A stretch of DNA of 64,000 nt from an uncultured bacterium (GCA_964434115.1 CAYSSX010000003.1:268554-332553), one strand, 5' to 3'; shown: positions 27,051 to 37,744, counted from the stretch's first letter. Translations and numbers: made by a program. The notes: generated by a model from the sequence alone, not told the origin.

Positions 27051-28537
27051 GAGTCTTTTTGAGCGATATGCCGATCCGATTCTTCAATACACTAACCAAC
27101 AAGCTGGATGAGTTCCAGCCGATCCGCGAGGGCAAGGTGGGGATGTACACCTGCGGCCCGACCGTCTACGACTACGCGCATATTGGAAATTTCCGGGCGT
27201 TTGTGTTTGAGGATTTACTCAGGCGTTTTCTTGAAGCTTCAGGATATGAGGTTTTTCATGTCGGAAATATCACCGATGTCGATGATAAAACCATTGCGGG
27301 TGCGAACCGCGAAGGCCTGGGGCTGGAGGATTATACGGCGAAGTATATCCTGGCATTCAATGAAGACCTCAACACGCTCAATTGCCTGGCTCCGCATGAA
27401 CAGCCTCGCGCAACGCGGAAGATTCCTGAAATGCAGGCCCTGATTCAGAAACTTATCGCGAAGGGCGTTGCGTACACTTCCGAAGGCTCGGTGTATTACC
27501 GGGTCGCTCAATTTCCCGGATATGGCAAGCTGTCCAAGAAGAAACTCGAGATGAACGTTGTGGGAGCCAGTGAACGTGTGGAATCTGACGAGTATGAAAG
27601 CAAGGAGCAGGCGTCCGATTTTGTTCTGTGGAAAGCGGCCAAGGAAGGGGAGCCTTCCTGGGATTCTCCCTGGGGCAAGGGGCGTCCCGGCTGGCACATT
27701 GAATGTTCCGCTATGAGTATGGAATGCCTGGGGCCGAGTTTTGACATTCACGCGGGCGGCGAGGATCTGATTTTCCCGCATCACGAAAACGAGATCGCCC
27801 AGTCGGAAGGCGCGACCGGCGTTCAGTTCGTGAACTACTGGCTGCACTGTAAATTTCTCCTTGTAGAAGGCGAAAAGATGTCGAAGTCAAAAGGGAATTT
27901 TTATACGCTCCGTGACCTTCTGGCCAAGGGCCATGACCCCATGGCTATCCGCTGCGCCTTGCTCGCGACTCATTACAGGGCCTCTCTTAATTTCACGTTT
28001 GACGGCCTTAAGGATGCGGGAGAGCTCATCCGTAAGCTGGATGAATGTTTCTGGCAGTGCCTGAGCCGGAAAGGGCAGTCGCGGCAGGGGGGCTATGATG
28101 CCGGACATGACAAGGTGGTTCTCGGCGAATGCCTCGATGATATTCAGAAATGGCTTTCAGATGACTTGAATGTTTCCGCCGCGCTTGCGGACGTCCTCGA
28201 CGGAATTAAAGTGATCAATACCCAGCTCGCGCTTCGCGGAGAAACCGAAATGAACGATGAAGCCCTTGATCTTGCCCTTGATTTTTTGAAGATGATTGAC
28301 AGGATTTTTGGTTTTGATGTGACGGCCGTGCAGGATATTCCCCAAGAGGTTGTTCTTTTAATGGAAGAGCGCACAGAGGTCCGGCGCCAGGTTGCATCGG
28401 ACAAATCAAATAAGACTCTGTGGGCAAAATCCGACGAACTTCGCAATCAGATTCAGGCTTTGGGCTGGATGGTGAAGGATGGAAAACCAGGCGAACTTTC
28501 GACGCTGAAGAAAAAACGGCGGACATGGGACGTATGA
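27044..28537 (+). CDS. cysS: Cysteine--tRNA ligase
   Basis: 'MYTCGPTVYDYAHIGNFR' HIGH motif; 'KMSKSKGN' KMSKS motif; Zn-binding Cys residues. The start may be the internal ATG at 27068. Confidence 0.9.
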   Translation: MLRVFLSDMPIRFFNTLTNKLDEFQPIREGKVGMYTCGPTVYDYAHIGNFRAFVFEDLLRRFLEASGYEVFHVGNITDVDDKTIAGANREGLGLEDYTAKYILAFNEDLNTLNCLAPHEQPRATRKIPEMQALIQKLIAKGVAYTSEGSVYYRVAQFPGYGKLSKKKLEMNVVGASERVESDEYESKEQASDFVLWKAAKEGEPSWDSPWGKGRPGWHIECSAMSMECLGPSFDIHAGGEDLIFPHHENEIAQSEGATGVQFVNYWLHCKFLLVEGEKMSKSKGNFYTLRDLLAKGHDPMAIRCALLATHYRASLNFTFDGLKDAGELIRKLDECFWQCLSRKGQSRQGGYDAGHDKVVLGECLDDIQKWLSDDLNVSAALADVLDGIKVINTQLALRGETEMNDEALDLALDFLKMIDRIFGFDVTAVQDIPQEVVLLMEERTEVRRQVASDKSNKTLWAKSDELRNQIQALGWMVKDGKPGELSTLKKKRRTWDV

Positions 28538-29151
28538 AAAAAGGATTGTTTATTACTTTTGAAGGGACGGAAGGCGGTGGAAAGAGCACTCAGATCCGCA
28601 AAACTGCAGCGTTTCTCCGCAAAAAAGGCCGGAAGGTGCTTTTGCTTCGTGAGCCGGGCGGCACACGCGTGAGCGAGGCTATCCGTACCGTTCTTTTGGA
28701 TCCGCAAAACAAGGGAATGGTATCCGAAGCTGAGCTTCTTCTTTACTTGGCCGCGCGTGCTCAGCTGGTACGCGAGAAAATCATACCCGCCTTGGCAAAA
28801 GGCATGGCCGTGATCCTTGACCGTTTCGAAGATTCCACTTTTGCTTATCAGGGCTACGGACGCGGGCTTCCTATGAAGGCGATTGAGACCGTGAGCCGTC
28901 TCTGGGTTCGCGGCGGCCTTTCACCGGATTTGACCATCATCCTTGATATTGATCCCGCCCGGGGCATGGCCAGGGGCGGCCGCCATGACCGGATGGAAAA
29001 GGAATCGATCAAGTTTCACCGCCGGGTACGGCAGGGCTTTCTTTCCATTGCGCGCAAGAACCCGAAGCGTTATGCGGTCGTGGACGCTGCGCTTACAATC
29101 CAAGAAGTTTCCAAATGTGTCCAGGAAAGGGTTCTGAATGTCCTTCGCTAA
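28525..29151 (+). CDS. tmk: Thymidylate kinase
   Basis: 'GLFITFEGTEGGGKSTQ' P-loop; 'LLLREPGGT' and the DRFEDS lid region. The start is chosen as the ATG that overlaps the cysS end. Confidence 0.85.
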   Translation: MGRMKKGLFITFEGTEGGGKSTQIRKTAAFLRKKGRKVLLLREPGGTRVSEAIRTVLLDPQNKGMVSEAELLLYLAARAQLVREKIIPALAKGMAVILDRFEDSTFAYQGYGRGLPMKAIETVSRLWVRGGLSPDLTIILDIDPARGMARGGRHDRMEKESIKFHRRVRQGFLSIARKNPKRYAVVDAALTIQEVSKCVQERVLNVLR

Positions 29152-29974
29152 TCTCCAAGGGCAGGATGAGGCCGTGCGCATTCTCCGCATGCATGTGGAA
29201 AAGAAGCGGCTTGCGCATACCTATCTTTTTACGGGAGGTACCCAGGAAATCCAGGAAGCTTTGGCTGCCGGGTTTGCCTGTGCGCTGAATGATTCCTTGG
29301 CTTGGGAGGGTTCAGCCGGAGATACACCGATTTCAAAAAGAATTCTCGAGCGCAACCACCCGGATGTGAAATGGGTTGGGGAAGATCCCAAGGTCCGCAC
29401 CATCAAAATTGATGAGGTGAGGGAGGTTCTCGCAGCCTGCGCGCTTTCACCCTTTGAGGCCAAGTGGAAAGTTTTTAACATTTGCCGGGCTGAACGCATG
29501 ACCGTGGACTCGCAAAACCTTCTTCTTAAGACGCTTGAAGAACCGCCTGCCCACTCTGTCTTCTGCCTGCTTGTGGAAAGCAAGGATGCGCTGCTTGAAA
29601 CCATACGCTCACGTTCTTTTGAAATCCGTTTGAAGCCTGGCGTTGACCGCATGCAGGCGCCGCTCTCGGAGTTGAAGCCGTCGGGCTTAGGCGAAAAACG
29701 GTGGGATGATTTTTTTGAAGAGTATCAAGGCACGCCGAAGGACCAGCTTTTTCAGCTTTTTGACAGCCTGCTTTTTTATTTTCGAAAGCTGATGGTTGAA
29801 ACCGCGGGTGCTCCGGAATCGTCGGTTTATCAGCCTGCCTGGCTTGAAGCGATAGATATTATTTATGAAACCAAAGACGCTTTAGACTCGAATGTGAATC
29901 AAAAGCTCGCGCTGACGCGGCTTGCGATGCGCCTGAAGCGGACACTTCCCAATCCTGACATGTTAAAGGTTTAA
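29138..29974 (+). CDS. holB: DNA polymerase III delta-prime subunit
   Basis: 'QGQDEAVRILRMHVEKKRLAHTYLFTG' is a typical HolB N-terminus; clamp-loader AAA+-like fold lacking an intact Walker A. Downstream of tmk, as in many bacteria. Confidence 0.7.
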   Translation: MSFANLQGQDEAVRILRMHVEKKRLAHTYLFTGGTQEIQEALAAGFACALNDSLAWEGSAGDTPISKRILERNHPDVKWVGEDPKVRTIKIDEVREVLAACALSPFEAKWKVFNICRAERMTVDSQNLLLKTLEEPPAHSVFCLLVESKDALLETIRSRSFEIRLKPGVDRMQAPLSELKPSGLGEKRWDDFFEEYQGTPKDQLFQLFDSLLFYFRKLMVETAGAPESSVYQPAWLEAIDIIYETKDALDSNVNQKLALTRLAMRLKRTLPNPDMLKV

Positions 29975-29975
29975 T

Positions 29976-31541
29976 ATGGCGCCCAAATCTGAAAAAACGA
30001 TCTACATTACAACACCGCTTTATTACGTAAACGCGAAACCTCACATCGGGCATGCTTACACGAATGTCTTATGCGATACCTTTACCCGGTATTTCCGCTG
30101 GACCGGAAAAAAAGTTTTCTTTCTAACGGGGACTGATGAACACGGCACGAAGATCGAAAAAACCGCGCGGGAATATAAAGAAGAGCCCCGCGACTACGTT
30201 GACCGTATGGTTCCGATGTTCAAAGAATTGTGGCGTCTGCTGGGAATTGACTACGATGATTTTATCCGCACCACGGAAGACCGCCATAAAGAGGAAGTAA
30301 AAAATATTCTTCTTAAGCTGGAAGCCAGCGGTGATATTTACAAGTCGGAATACAAAGGCTGGTACTGCACGCCCTGTGAAACATTCTGGACCAGCCTTCA
30401 GCTGGTGGACGGTAAATGTCCGGACTGCGGCCGCGAAGTTCAGGAGTTGAGCGAGAATAATTACTTCTTCAAACTGTCAAAATATCAGACCTGGCTTCTG
30501 GATTACATCAACACGCATCCCGAGTTCATTCTCCCAGAGATACGGCGCAATGAAATTCTCGGGTTCCTCAAGGAACCGCTGGAAGACCTTTGCATTACAC
30601 GCCCCAAGGCGCGGCTTCAGTGGGGAATCGAATATCCCAATTCACCGGATCATGTTGTCTACGTCTGGTTTGATGCGCTTATTAATTACATCAGCGCTAT
30701 TGGCGTGACCACGGACCCTAAACAGTTTAATGCTCTTTGGCCTGCGGACCTTCATCTGGTGGGAAAGGATATTCTCCGCCAGCATACGGTTTATTGGCCG
30801 ATTATGCTCAAGGCCTGCGGCTTGGAAATGCCAAAAAGTGTTTTGGCTCACGGCTGGTGGACCCTTTCTGGTGCCAAAGTTTCAAAGTCGCGCGGCAATA
30901 TTGTGGATCCTGTCGTGCTTTGCCGTGTTTACGGTGTGGACGCTTTCCGTTACTTCATGCTCAGGGAAGTGAAAGTGGGTTCGGATGGGGCTTTTTCAGA
31001 AGACCTTTTACGCCAGCGTTATTCAAGCGATCTGGCCAATGATCTTGGGAACCTGTGGTTCCGTGTGGCCTCGATGATGGAGAAGTATTTTTCCTCTGAA
31101 ATGCCGGAAGCGGAGGGCGTGCGTGAAGAGCCGCTGGTGATTCAGACCTTTGCCCTTTGGGATCAAGTGAATGAATCGATGCGCCGCTATGATCCGCAAA
31201 CCGCCCTCGATGCCGTGTGGGCGGTCATAACGAGTGCGAATCAGTTTGTGGAAGAGAAGAAACCCTGGGTGCTGGCCAAAGATCCTGCGAAAAAGCCTGA
31301 ATTGGCCCGCACGCTTGCCGCCCTCGCGGAAGCGCTGGCGCATATTGCCGTGATCCTGATTGCATTTCTGCCGGACACGTCCAAGAAAATTTTAAACCGC
31401 ATTAAACTGGACCCTACGGTTTTGTTTCCGGATGCGGCCTCTTTTCAGAAGTTTCTGGTTGCGCCGGGAACTGTCTTGGAACGCGGGGACGCGCTTTTTC
31501 CGCGCCTTGAAGATGAGAAGGAAGAGACGGCAAAAAACTGA
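29976..31541 (+). CDS. metG: Methionine--tRNA ligase (short form, no C-terminal dimerisation domain)
   Basis: 'YITTPLYYVNAKPHIGHAYT' HIGH region; 'CPDCGREV' zinc knuckle; 'KVSKSRGN' KMSKS motif. Confidence 0.9.
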   Translation: MAPKSEKTIYITTPLYYVNAKPHIGHAYTNVLCDTFTRYFRWTGKKVFFLTGTDEHGTKIEKTAREYKEEPRDYVDRMVPMFKELWRLLGIDYDDFIRTTEDRHKEEVKNILLKLEASGDIYKSEYKGWYCTPCETFWTSLQLVDGKCPDCGREVQELSENNYFFKLSKYQTWLLDYINTHPEFILPEIRRNEILGFLKEPLEDLCITRPKARLQWGIEYPNSPDHVVYVWFDALINYISAIGVTTDPKQFNALWPADLHLVGKDILRQHTVYWPIMLKACGLEMPKSVLAHGWWTLSGAKVSKSRGNIVDPVVLCRVYGVDAFRYFMLREVKVGSDGAFSEDLLRQRYSSDLANDLGNLWFRVASMMEKYFSSEMPEAEGVREEPLVIQTFALWDQVNESMRRYDPQTALDAVWAVITSANQFVEEKKPWVLAKDPAKKPELARTLAALAEALAHIAVILIAFLPDTSKKILNRIKLDPTVLFPDAASFQKFLVAPGTVLERGDALFPRLEDEKEETAKN

Positions 31542-31543
31542 TC

Positions 31544-32311
31544 ATGGGCCTCGTTGATACCCACGCGCATCTTTATTTTCCGGATTATGACGAAGACCGT
31601 GACGCTGTTTTAAGCCGGGCTTTCGAGGCGGGTGTTGAAGCCCTTATCAATGTCGGAACAGACCTTGAGAGTTCCCGGAAATGCCTTGAGCTGGCGAAAT
31701 CCCATCCCGCTCTCTATGCCTCAGCCGGCGTACACCCCAATGATTCGAGAGATGTCCCCGAAACCGCTTATTCGGAAATCGAGGAACTGCTGAAAGAACC
31801 CCGTATGGTTGCGATTGGGGAAGTGGGGCTTGATTTCTACAGGGAGCATTCCCCCCATGAGACCCAGAAGGCCGTGTTCCGGCGTTTCATTCGTATGCAT
31901 CTGGAAACAGGCAAGCCGCTCATCATTCATTGCCGGGATGCTTATGAGGCACTCGCGCAGGTGCTTCGTGAAGAATCACAGGTTTTGTACAAAGGCGTGA
32001 TCCACTGCTTTTCATCGGACAAAGAAACCATGTTTCCTCTTCTGGATCTCGGATTTTATATTTCTTTCGCGGGTCCGCTGACGTACAAAAAAAACGAAGC
32101 TCTTCGGGACGCCTGCAAAGCTTGTCCTGAAGACCGCCTTCTTTTTGAAACAGACGCCCCGTTTCTTTCACCCCAAACCGTCCGCGGCAAGCGGAATGAA
32201 TCGGGGTATATGGTTGAGACGGTCCGGCTTGCTGCAGAAATCCGTGGAATACCCTATGAAACGCTTATGGAAAGGACGACGGCCAATGCGCGCCGTCTTT
32301 TTTGCTTATGA
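31544..32311 (+). CDS. tatD: TatD-family metal-dependent deoxyribonuclease
   Basis: 'LVDTHAHLYF' and 'IGEVGLDFY' TatD motifs. Follows metG, a conserved linkage. Confidence 0.85.
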   Translation: MGLVDTHAHLYFPDYDEDRDAVLSRAFEAGVEALINVGTDLESSRKCLELAKSHPALYASAGVHPNDSRDVPETAYSEIEELLKEPRMVAIGEVGLDFYREHSPHETQKAVFRRFIRMHLETGKPLIIHCRDAYEALAQVLREESQVLYKGVIHCFSSDKETMFPLLDLGFYISFAGPLTYKKNEALRDACKACPEDRLLFETDAPFLSPQTVRGKRNESGYMVETVRLAAEIRGIPYETLMERTTANARRLFCL

Positions 32312-33408
32312 TCCGTGACGCGATCGATTTTTTTAAGCGGGAGAAGGCTTTTACGCTTCTTTCGATGGTTGTTTTGGCCGCCTATCTGTGGGTGATGATT
32401 CATGGCAAGCCCACGGAAGGGATGCAAAACCCGCAGCCGGATGCTTTTCAGCGCGCCCAGCAGACGACACCTGCCTCTTCTTCGGGGTCGGGTCAGGATG
32501 TGATGAAGGACGAGGTGGCCGCTCTCCAGAAATTGATCAAAGAAAATCCCCGGGCCGCGGGACTTTTGACCCTTATTGTTTTTTGCGTGGCCGGTTTTTT
32601 TACGGTTGGGCTGATTGTTAACCTTACGCTGGTCTTCAACCCGGCCTGGCGGCAAAGCTGGAATCTCGGTGTTTATGATCTGGATAAAACCGACTGGAAG
32701 CCGTCCATGCTTTTTAAGGTCGTCATTTTTTTTCTGGCCGCCAGCTTTGGTTTAAACGTTTTTCTGGTGGCTCTCCAGAAGTTTGTATTCCCGGATTTCT
32801 CCATTAATTTGATCCTGCTGATTCAGACCACGATTGTGGATTTTCTCTGCCTTTACTTTATGGTCTATGTGATCCGGCAGAATGGCGGAAAGGCGAAAGA
32901 CCTGGGGTTCCGTGTCCCTCCCCGCGGAGTGTTTGCGGAGATGGTGATGGGCATGATCGGATACCTGGGAGTTTTTCCCATATTTGTCGCAGTCTTGATT
33001 TTTTTGGCGTTTATAGCCCATTTGTTCGCTTACCAGCCTCCGGCTCATCCGCTTGTCAATATTCTCCTGGAAAAAGGGGAGGGATCCCGGTGGATGATTT
33101 ATTATTCGGTGGTTCTTGCCACTATCATTGCACCGTTTCTGGAGGAAATTTTTTTCCGGGGCTTTTGCTACACGCTTTTTAAGAAAAAAGCGGGTCCCGG
33201 CGCCGCCATGGTTTTAAGTTCCGCCTTATTCGCCGTCATTCATCAGAACCTGTTCGCCTTTTGGCCTATTTTTGTTCTCGGAATGGCGCTTTCGTATATT
33301 TATGAGAAGCGCGGCTCCCTGATTGCCCCCATCACTCTCCATCTTTTTCACAACTCGATTTTTATTTTCTATTTTTTTCTGGCCAAAGAGGCGCTGGGCG
33401 GCAAGTGA
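32302..33408 (+). CDS. CPBP (CAAX) family intramembrane metalloprotease with an N-terminal membrane domain
   Basis: 'FLEEIFFRGF' (EExxxR motif 1) and 'FAVIHQ' (HxxxH/N motif) in a polytopic membrane protein. Confidence 0.65.
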   Translation: MLMIRDAIDFFKREKAFTLLSMVVLAAYLWVMIHGKPTEGMQNPQPDAFQRAQQTTPASSSGSGQDVMKDEVAALQKLIKENPRAAGLLTLIVFCVAGFFTVGLIVNLTLVFNPAWRQSWNLGVYDLDKTDWKPSMLFKVVIFFLAASFGLNVFLVALQKFVFPDFSINLILLIQTTIVDFLCLYFMVYVIRQNGGKAKDLGFRVPPRGVFAEMVMGMIGYLGVFPIFVAVLIFLAFIAHLFAYQPPAHPLVNILLEKGEGSRWMIYYSVVLATIIAPFLEEIFFRGFCYTLFKKKAGPGAAMVLSSALFAVIHQNLFAFWPIFVLGMALSYIYEKRGSLIAPITLHLFHNSIFIFYFFLAKEALGGK

Positions 33409-34334
33409 AAAGCGAATTCAGCCTCATCGAATGGATACGCAGCAAGGCTCCCGCACCCCGCTCGGGACTCGGTATTGGCGATGATGCCGCCCTGCTTCCT
33501 TTTTTCGGCAAAGGCGACAGGGTGGTCACCACGGACGCCATTGTTGAGGATGTGGATTTTTTAAGAAAAGAACTTTCTGCGGGACTGGCTGGGCGTAAGG
33601 CTTTGGCCGTGAATCTCAGCGACCTCGCGGCCATGGGAGCTGAACCGGAGTCTTTTGTCCTGACGCTCGGAATTCCGAAAAGCATGAAAACCCGCTGGGT
33701 TCAGGATTTTTGCCTGGGCGTTTTTTCTCTCGCCCGCCGTTACGGAGCCGCGTGTGTCGGAGGGGATCTTTCAGCGAGCCGCAATTTTTTTGCGTCGATC
33801 ACATTACTTGGTCGGATCAAAAGACGGAAAGCGGTTTTGAGAAGCGGTGCCCGCCCCGGTGATTCTATTTATGTCACCGGCCGCTTTGGAGGATCTATAT
33901 TAGGACATCATGCACGCTTTGAGCCGCGCCTTCGTGAGGGGGCTTTTTTGGCAGCCCGGATCCGTCCCTCATCGATGCTGGATGTTTCAGACGGCCTTGC
34001 TCAGGATTTGGAGCATCTCCTTAAGGCTTCCGCATGCGGCGCCTCCGTGGATCTCAGTTGTATCCCTATTTCCAAGGAAGCTGTGAAACTTGCGAGAGGG
34101 AAACCGGGTGAAGCTTTGCAGCACGCCTTGTCGGACGGGGAAGATTTTGAACTTCTTTTTTCCGTGCCGAACTCACGGAAAGAGGAGCTTGAAAGAACAT
34201 GGAAAAAGCTTTTTCCGAAAACCCCGTTGTCGCTCATCGGCAAGATGGAAAAGGGCCGGACGATCCGGTGGGAGCGGGATGGTAAATCCGCACGAGGGTT
34301 TAAGATTAAGAAGAAAGGGTATCAACACTTCTAA
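33405..34334 (+). CDS. thiL: Thiamine-monophosphate kinase
   Basis: 'GIGDDAALL' N-terminal motif; 'NLSDLAAMGAEP'; AIR synthase-related fold. Confidence 0.8.
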   Translation: MKSEFSLIEWIRSKAPAPRSGLGIGDDAALLPFFGKGDRVVTTDAIVEDVDFLRKELSAGLAGRKALAVNLSDLAAMGAEPESFVLTLGIPKSMKTRWVQDFCLGVFSLARRYGAACVGGDLSASRNFFASITLLGRIKRRKAVLRSGARPGDSIYVTGRFGGSILGHHARFEPRLREGAFLAARIRPSSMLDVSDGLAQDLEHLLKASACGASVDLSCIPISKEAVKLARGKPGEALQHALSDGEDFELLFSVPNSRKEELERTWKKLFPKTPLSLIGKMEKGRTIRWERDGKSARGFKIKKKGYQHF

Positions 34335-34336
34335 CT

Positions 34337-34771
34337 ATGAAGGAACAGTCGTTTGTAAGCCGCTCGCCGGAAGAGACTATGGCTTTTGCCGAAAAGTTAG
34401 CACATAGCATCAAACCTGGGGCTGTTTTGCTTTTGCACGGTGATTTAGGGTCTGGAAAAACGACTTTTGTGAAAGGCCTCGCGAGAGGCTTAGGGTTGAA
34501 GAATACCGCGGAAGTGAAGAGTCCGACTTTTGTTATCATGCATGTTTATAAAACGCGCGTACCGCTTTACCACTTTGATTTGTACCGCCTGGAAGGCGGC
34601 GCCGATCTCGAGGCCATTGGATTCCAGGATTTTTTAAATGATCCCTCAGCTATTGCCTGCGTGGAATGGGCTGAGCGCGCAGCGGGGAATGCTCCGCGTG
34701 CCAGTTACCGGTTTTACTTTGAAGTGACTCCGGGACGCCATAGAGCCATACGCTGGGTGAAACCGGAATGA
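34337..34771 (+). CDS. tsaE: tRNA threonylcarbamoyladenosine biosynthesis protein TsaE
   Basis: 'LLLHGDLGSGKTTFVKGLARGLG' P-loop; 'SPTFVIMHVY'. Confidence 0.8.
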   Translation: MKEQSFVSRSPEETMAFAEKLAHSIKPGAVLLLHGDLGSGKTTFVKGLARGLGLKNTAEVKSPTFVIMHVYKTRVPLYHFDLYRLEGGADLEAIGFQDFLNDPSAIACVEWAERAAGNAPRASYRFYFEVTPGRHRAIRWVKPE

Positions 34772-37620
34772 AAAGAGTTTGGCCGGACGCTGTCATTGCT
34801 GGTGCTCTGGTAACGATGTTTGCCGCTGCCGCCGGGTTGTCCGGCTGCAGCCTTAAAAAGGAACCCGAAAAAATGATGAAGCAGTCTTCTGAGGTTTTTG
34901 AGTTTGTGAAATCGGAAGGAGGGATTCAGGAATACCTCCTCAAGGCGAATGGGCTTCGTGTCCTTTTGTTTGAAGATCATTCGGCACCGGTGGCCGCGGT
35001 TATGATTACTTATGGAGCCGGCTCAAGGAATGAAGGCCCTGGAACAACCGGTTCGGCGCATATGCTGGAGCATATGATGTTCAAAGGGACCCAGGAGTAC
35101 CACAAAAGCCTTGGGACTCAAATTGCCCGCCTGCTTGAGAATTCGGGTGCCGAGATCAACGCAACCACCAGTTATGACAGCACGAATTATTATGAATTTT
35201 TGCCGAATGACAAGATTCCTTTGGCGTTGGATATTGAAGCCGCCCGGATGCGTGGAACCCTGCTCGACCCCGAGGATTTTGAACGCGAAAAAACCGTGAT
35301 TCAGAATGAACTTGAACGCTATTTCGATTCGCCGATGGCGGCCCTTTACAACGCCGTGTGGCAGAAGGCATTCACAAAGCACACCTATCATCATCCCGTG
35401 ATCGGCTGGCGCGAGGATGTTGCTGCCATGCCCGTAAAATCGCTCAAGCATTTTTATGATTTGTATTACCGGCCCGACCACGCCGTTCTCACGGTCGTGG
35501 GAAGTTTTGAGACACCGGCACTTCTTGACGAGATTGCCCGCCGGTTCTCTTTGGTTCCAAGATCTAATGAAAAGCTTCCCCCCGAGCCTGCCCCGGAACC
35601 TGTTCAGAACGAAAAGCGTAGTGTAGAAGTTCGGAAAGAGGAAGGTGCAGAGTATTTATTGATGGCGTTCAAATCCCCGGGAGCGATGCATCCGGATGCG
35701 GCGGCTTTGGACCTTCTTTCTGCCATTTTGACTTCCGGAAAAACCAGCCGGCTTTATCAAAAGCTGGTTCAATCAGGTCTCGCAGCCTCCGTTGAATCCT
35801 CCTCTTCCGGTACGCGCGACCCTGGCCTTTTTTCAGTCCTTGTCACGCTCTCATCCTCGAACCATGATGAGGTTGAAAAAGAGGTGATGGAAACTCTGGA
35901 GCAAATCCAAAGAGAGGGCGTTTCCACAGAAGAGTTAACCCGGGTTTTAAATCAGACCCGTGCGGCGGTTGCTTTTTCCCGGGACGGCGCTTTTTCCGTG
36001 GCGGGAGAGCTGGCCCAGGCCATCGGGATGGGGAACTGGAATCTTTTTACGGGATACCTGACTCGGGCGGAGCAAGTCACGCCCGGCGATTTAAAGCGGA
36101 TTGCGGCAGAATACCTCAGGCCTGAAAGACTGACCTCTGGAAAACTTTTTACCGGTTCAGGAGGAGCGTCAAATGGGACCGAAGCGGTTCGCCCTGGAAA
36201 AACAGGCATGCCTGGGGAACATAGTTCGGCGGATGAGGACGGAGTTCAGCCCGGAGATAAAACAAAAATGCCGGCGCGCGTAAAAAACCTTTTGGAGTCG
36301 CTCAGCGCATCAGGTTCAGCCACGCATTATGGCGAACAGGTGAAAACTTTTGATTCCGGGGGAGCAAAACTGCTGACGCTTAGGACCTCGGTCAAAAACA
36401 TTCTGGCCTTTTCCGGTTCTTTCCCTCGTGCGGGGACAGCTTATTCGCAGAACCCTGTTCTCGCCAAATTGACAGCTCAAATGCTTGATAAAGGCACGGC
36501 AGGTCGCCGGCCGCTTGAAATCGCGGAGCTTCTTGAATCCCGCGGGGCAGACGTTCATTTTGGAGCCGATGCCGAGTATGTCCGCTTTCAAGGCCGCTGT
36601 CTCAAGGCGGATACGGCCCTTGTTCTTAAGCTGATGATGGAGCAGCTTCAAAAACCCTTGTTTGATGCCGAGGAATTCCGGAAACTGAAGGAACGGGAAA
36701 AGGTCAATCTTCGTTACACGATGGCCTCAACCTCTTCTCAGGCTGCGAATGCTTTGATGCGGCGCGTTTTTCCTGCCGGCCATCCGTTGCGTCCTGCGGC
36801 GTATGAAGATCAGCTGAGCTGGCTTGAAAAAACGACCATTGAGGATATCCGGGAGTTTCACCGGACACATTATGGCCTTCAAAACCTTCGTTTTTCCGTT
36901 TCGGGTGATCTTGAAGCTCTTGAAATTCAAACTTTATTTTTAGAACTGTTGTCAGGCTGGCCCGCGCAATCGAGAGAGGCTTCAAGCGTACCGGTCATGG
37001 AGCTTCCGGATTCCGTTCAGTTTGAGAGTATCCGTCTTCCCGAAAAACAGAATGTCGACGTACTGATGGGCCACGCAGTCCCTATCACGCGCACCCACCC
37101 AGATTTTCTTCCCGCCTCTTTGGCCAACGCGGTGCTGGGCGGAGATTTTACAGCGCGCCTTTCTAACATTGTCAGGGACCGCTATGGTTTGACTTACGGG
37201 ATTCGTTCGGGACTTGTGGGGCTGAGTGAGAGACTGACCGGAGCCTGGGTTATTCACATGATTGTGAATGCTCCAGTCCTTGGTGAGGGGATTCAGAGAA
37301 CCTTTGAGCAGCTTGAGCTCTTTCAATCGCAAGGAATTACCAGAGAAGAATTGGAAGAAAAGAAAGAAAGTACTGTGGGGCAATTCAAGACCGGACTCGC
37401 GTCCACACAATCTTTGGCAGACCAGATTCTGCTTGCGGAAGAGCTCGGCCTTGGCGCCGGCTATCTGGATCGTTTTCCAAGCCTGGTAAAAGCGGTTTCG
37501 CTTGATCAAGCCAACAACGCAATACGCCGATACTTTCACCCGGAACAGCTTTTTGTGGTTGCCGCCGGAAGTCCGCCGCAAGGCAAAACGGATTTTGATT
37601 TTCCAAAGAAATCCGAGTAA
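34768..37620 (+). CDS. Large M16-family zinc peptidase (two fused M16 units), probable lipoprotein
   Basis: Lipobox 'AAAGLSGCS'; inverzincin motif 'HMLEHMMFKGT'; a second inactive M16-like half; low-complexity linker in the middle. 950 aa. Confidence 0.75.
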   Translation: MKRVWPDAVIAGALVTMFAAAAGLSGCSLKKEPEKMMKQSSEVFEFVKSEGGIQEYLLKANGLRVLLFEDHSAPVAAVMITYGAGSRNEGPGTTGSAHMLEHMMFKGTQEYHKSLGTQIARLLENSGAEINATTSYDSTNYYEFLPNDKIPLALDIEAARMRGTLLDPEDFEREKTVIQNELERYFDSPMAALYNAVWQKAFTKHTYHHPVIGWREDVAAMPVKSLKHFYDLYYRPDHAVLTVVGSFETPALLDEIARRFSLVPRSNEKLPPEPAPEPVQNEKRSVEVRKEEGAEYLLMAFKSPGAMHPDAAALDLLSAILTSGKTSRLYQKLVQSGLAASVESSSSGTRDPGLFSVLVTLSSSNHDEVEKEVMETLEQIQREGVSTEELTRVLNQTRAAVAFSRDGAFSVAGELAQAIGMGNWNLFTGYLTRAEQVTPGDLKRIAAEYLRPERLTSGKLFTGSGGASNGTEAVRPGKTGMPGEHSSADEDGVQPGDKTKMPARVKNLLESLSASGSATHYGEQVKTFDSGGAKLLTLRTSVKNILAFSGSFPRAGTAYSQNPVLAKLTAQMLDKGTAGRRPLEIAELLESRGADVHFGADAEYVRFQGRCLKADTALVLKLMMEQLQKPLFDAEEFRKLKEREKVNLRYTMASTSSQAANALMRRVFPAGHPLRPAAYEDQLSWLEKTTIEDIREFHRTHYGLQNLRFSVSGDLEALEIQTLFLELLSGWPAQSREASSVPVMELPDSVQFESIRLPEKQNVDVLMGHAVPITRTHPDFLPASLANAVLGGDFTARLSNIVRDRYGLTYGIRSGLVGLSERLTGAWVIHMIVNAPVLGEGIQRTFEQLELFQSQGITREELEEKKESTVGQFKTGLASTQSLADQILLAEELGLGAGYLDRFPSLVKAVSLDQANNAIRRYFHPEQLFVVAAGSPPQGKTDFDFPKKSE

Positions 37621-37744
37621 GCTTTATCAAATTAACTAAGCTGGCAAGGAGTGCGTTACGCGCAAGATACTGAATTACATTAAAGGCTTTAGCGAAAAGG
37701 GAAAGAAGTCATCGAGTACCCGCCAGGCTCCGCGTCTGAAGGCT

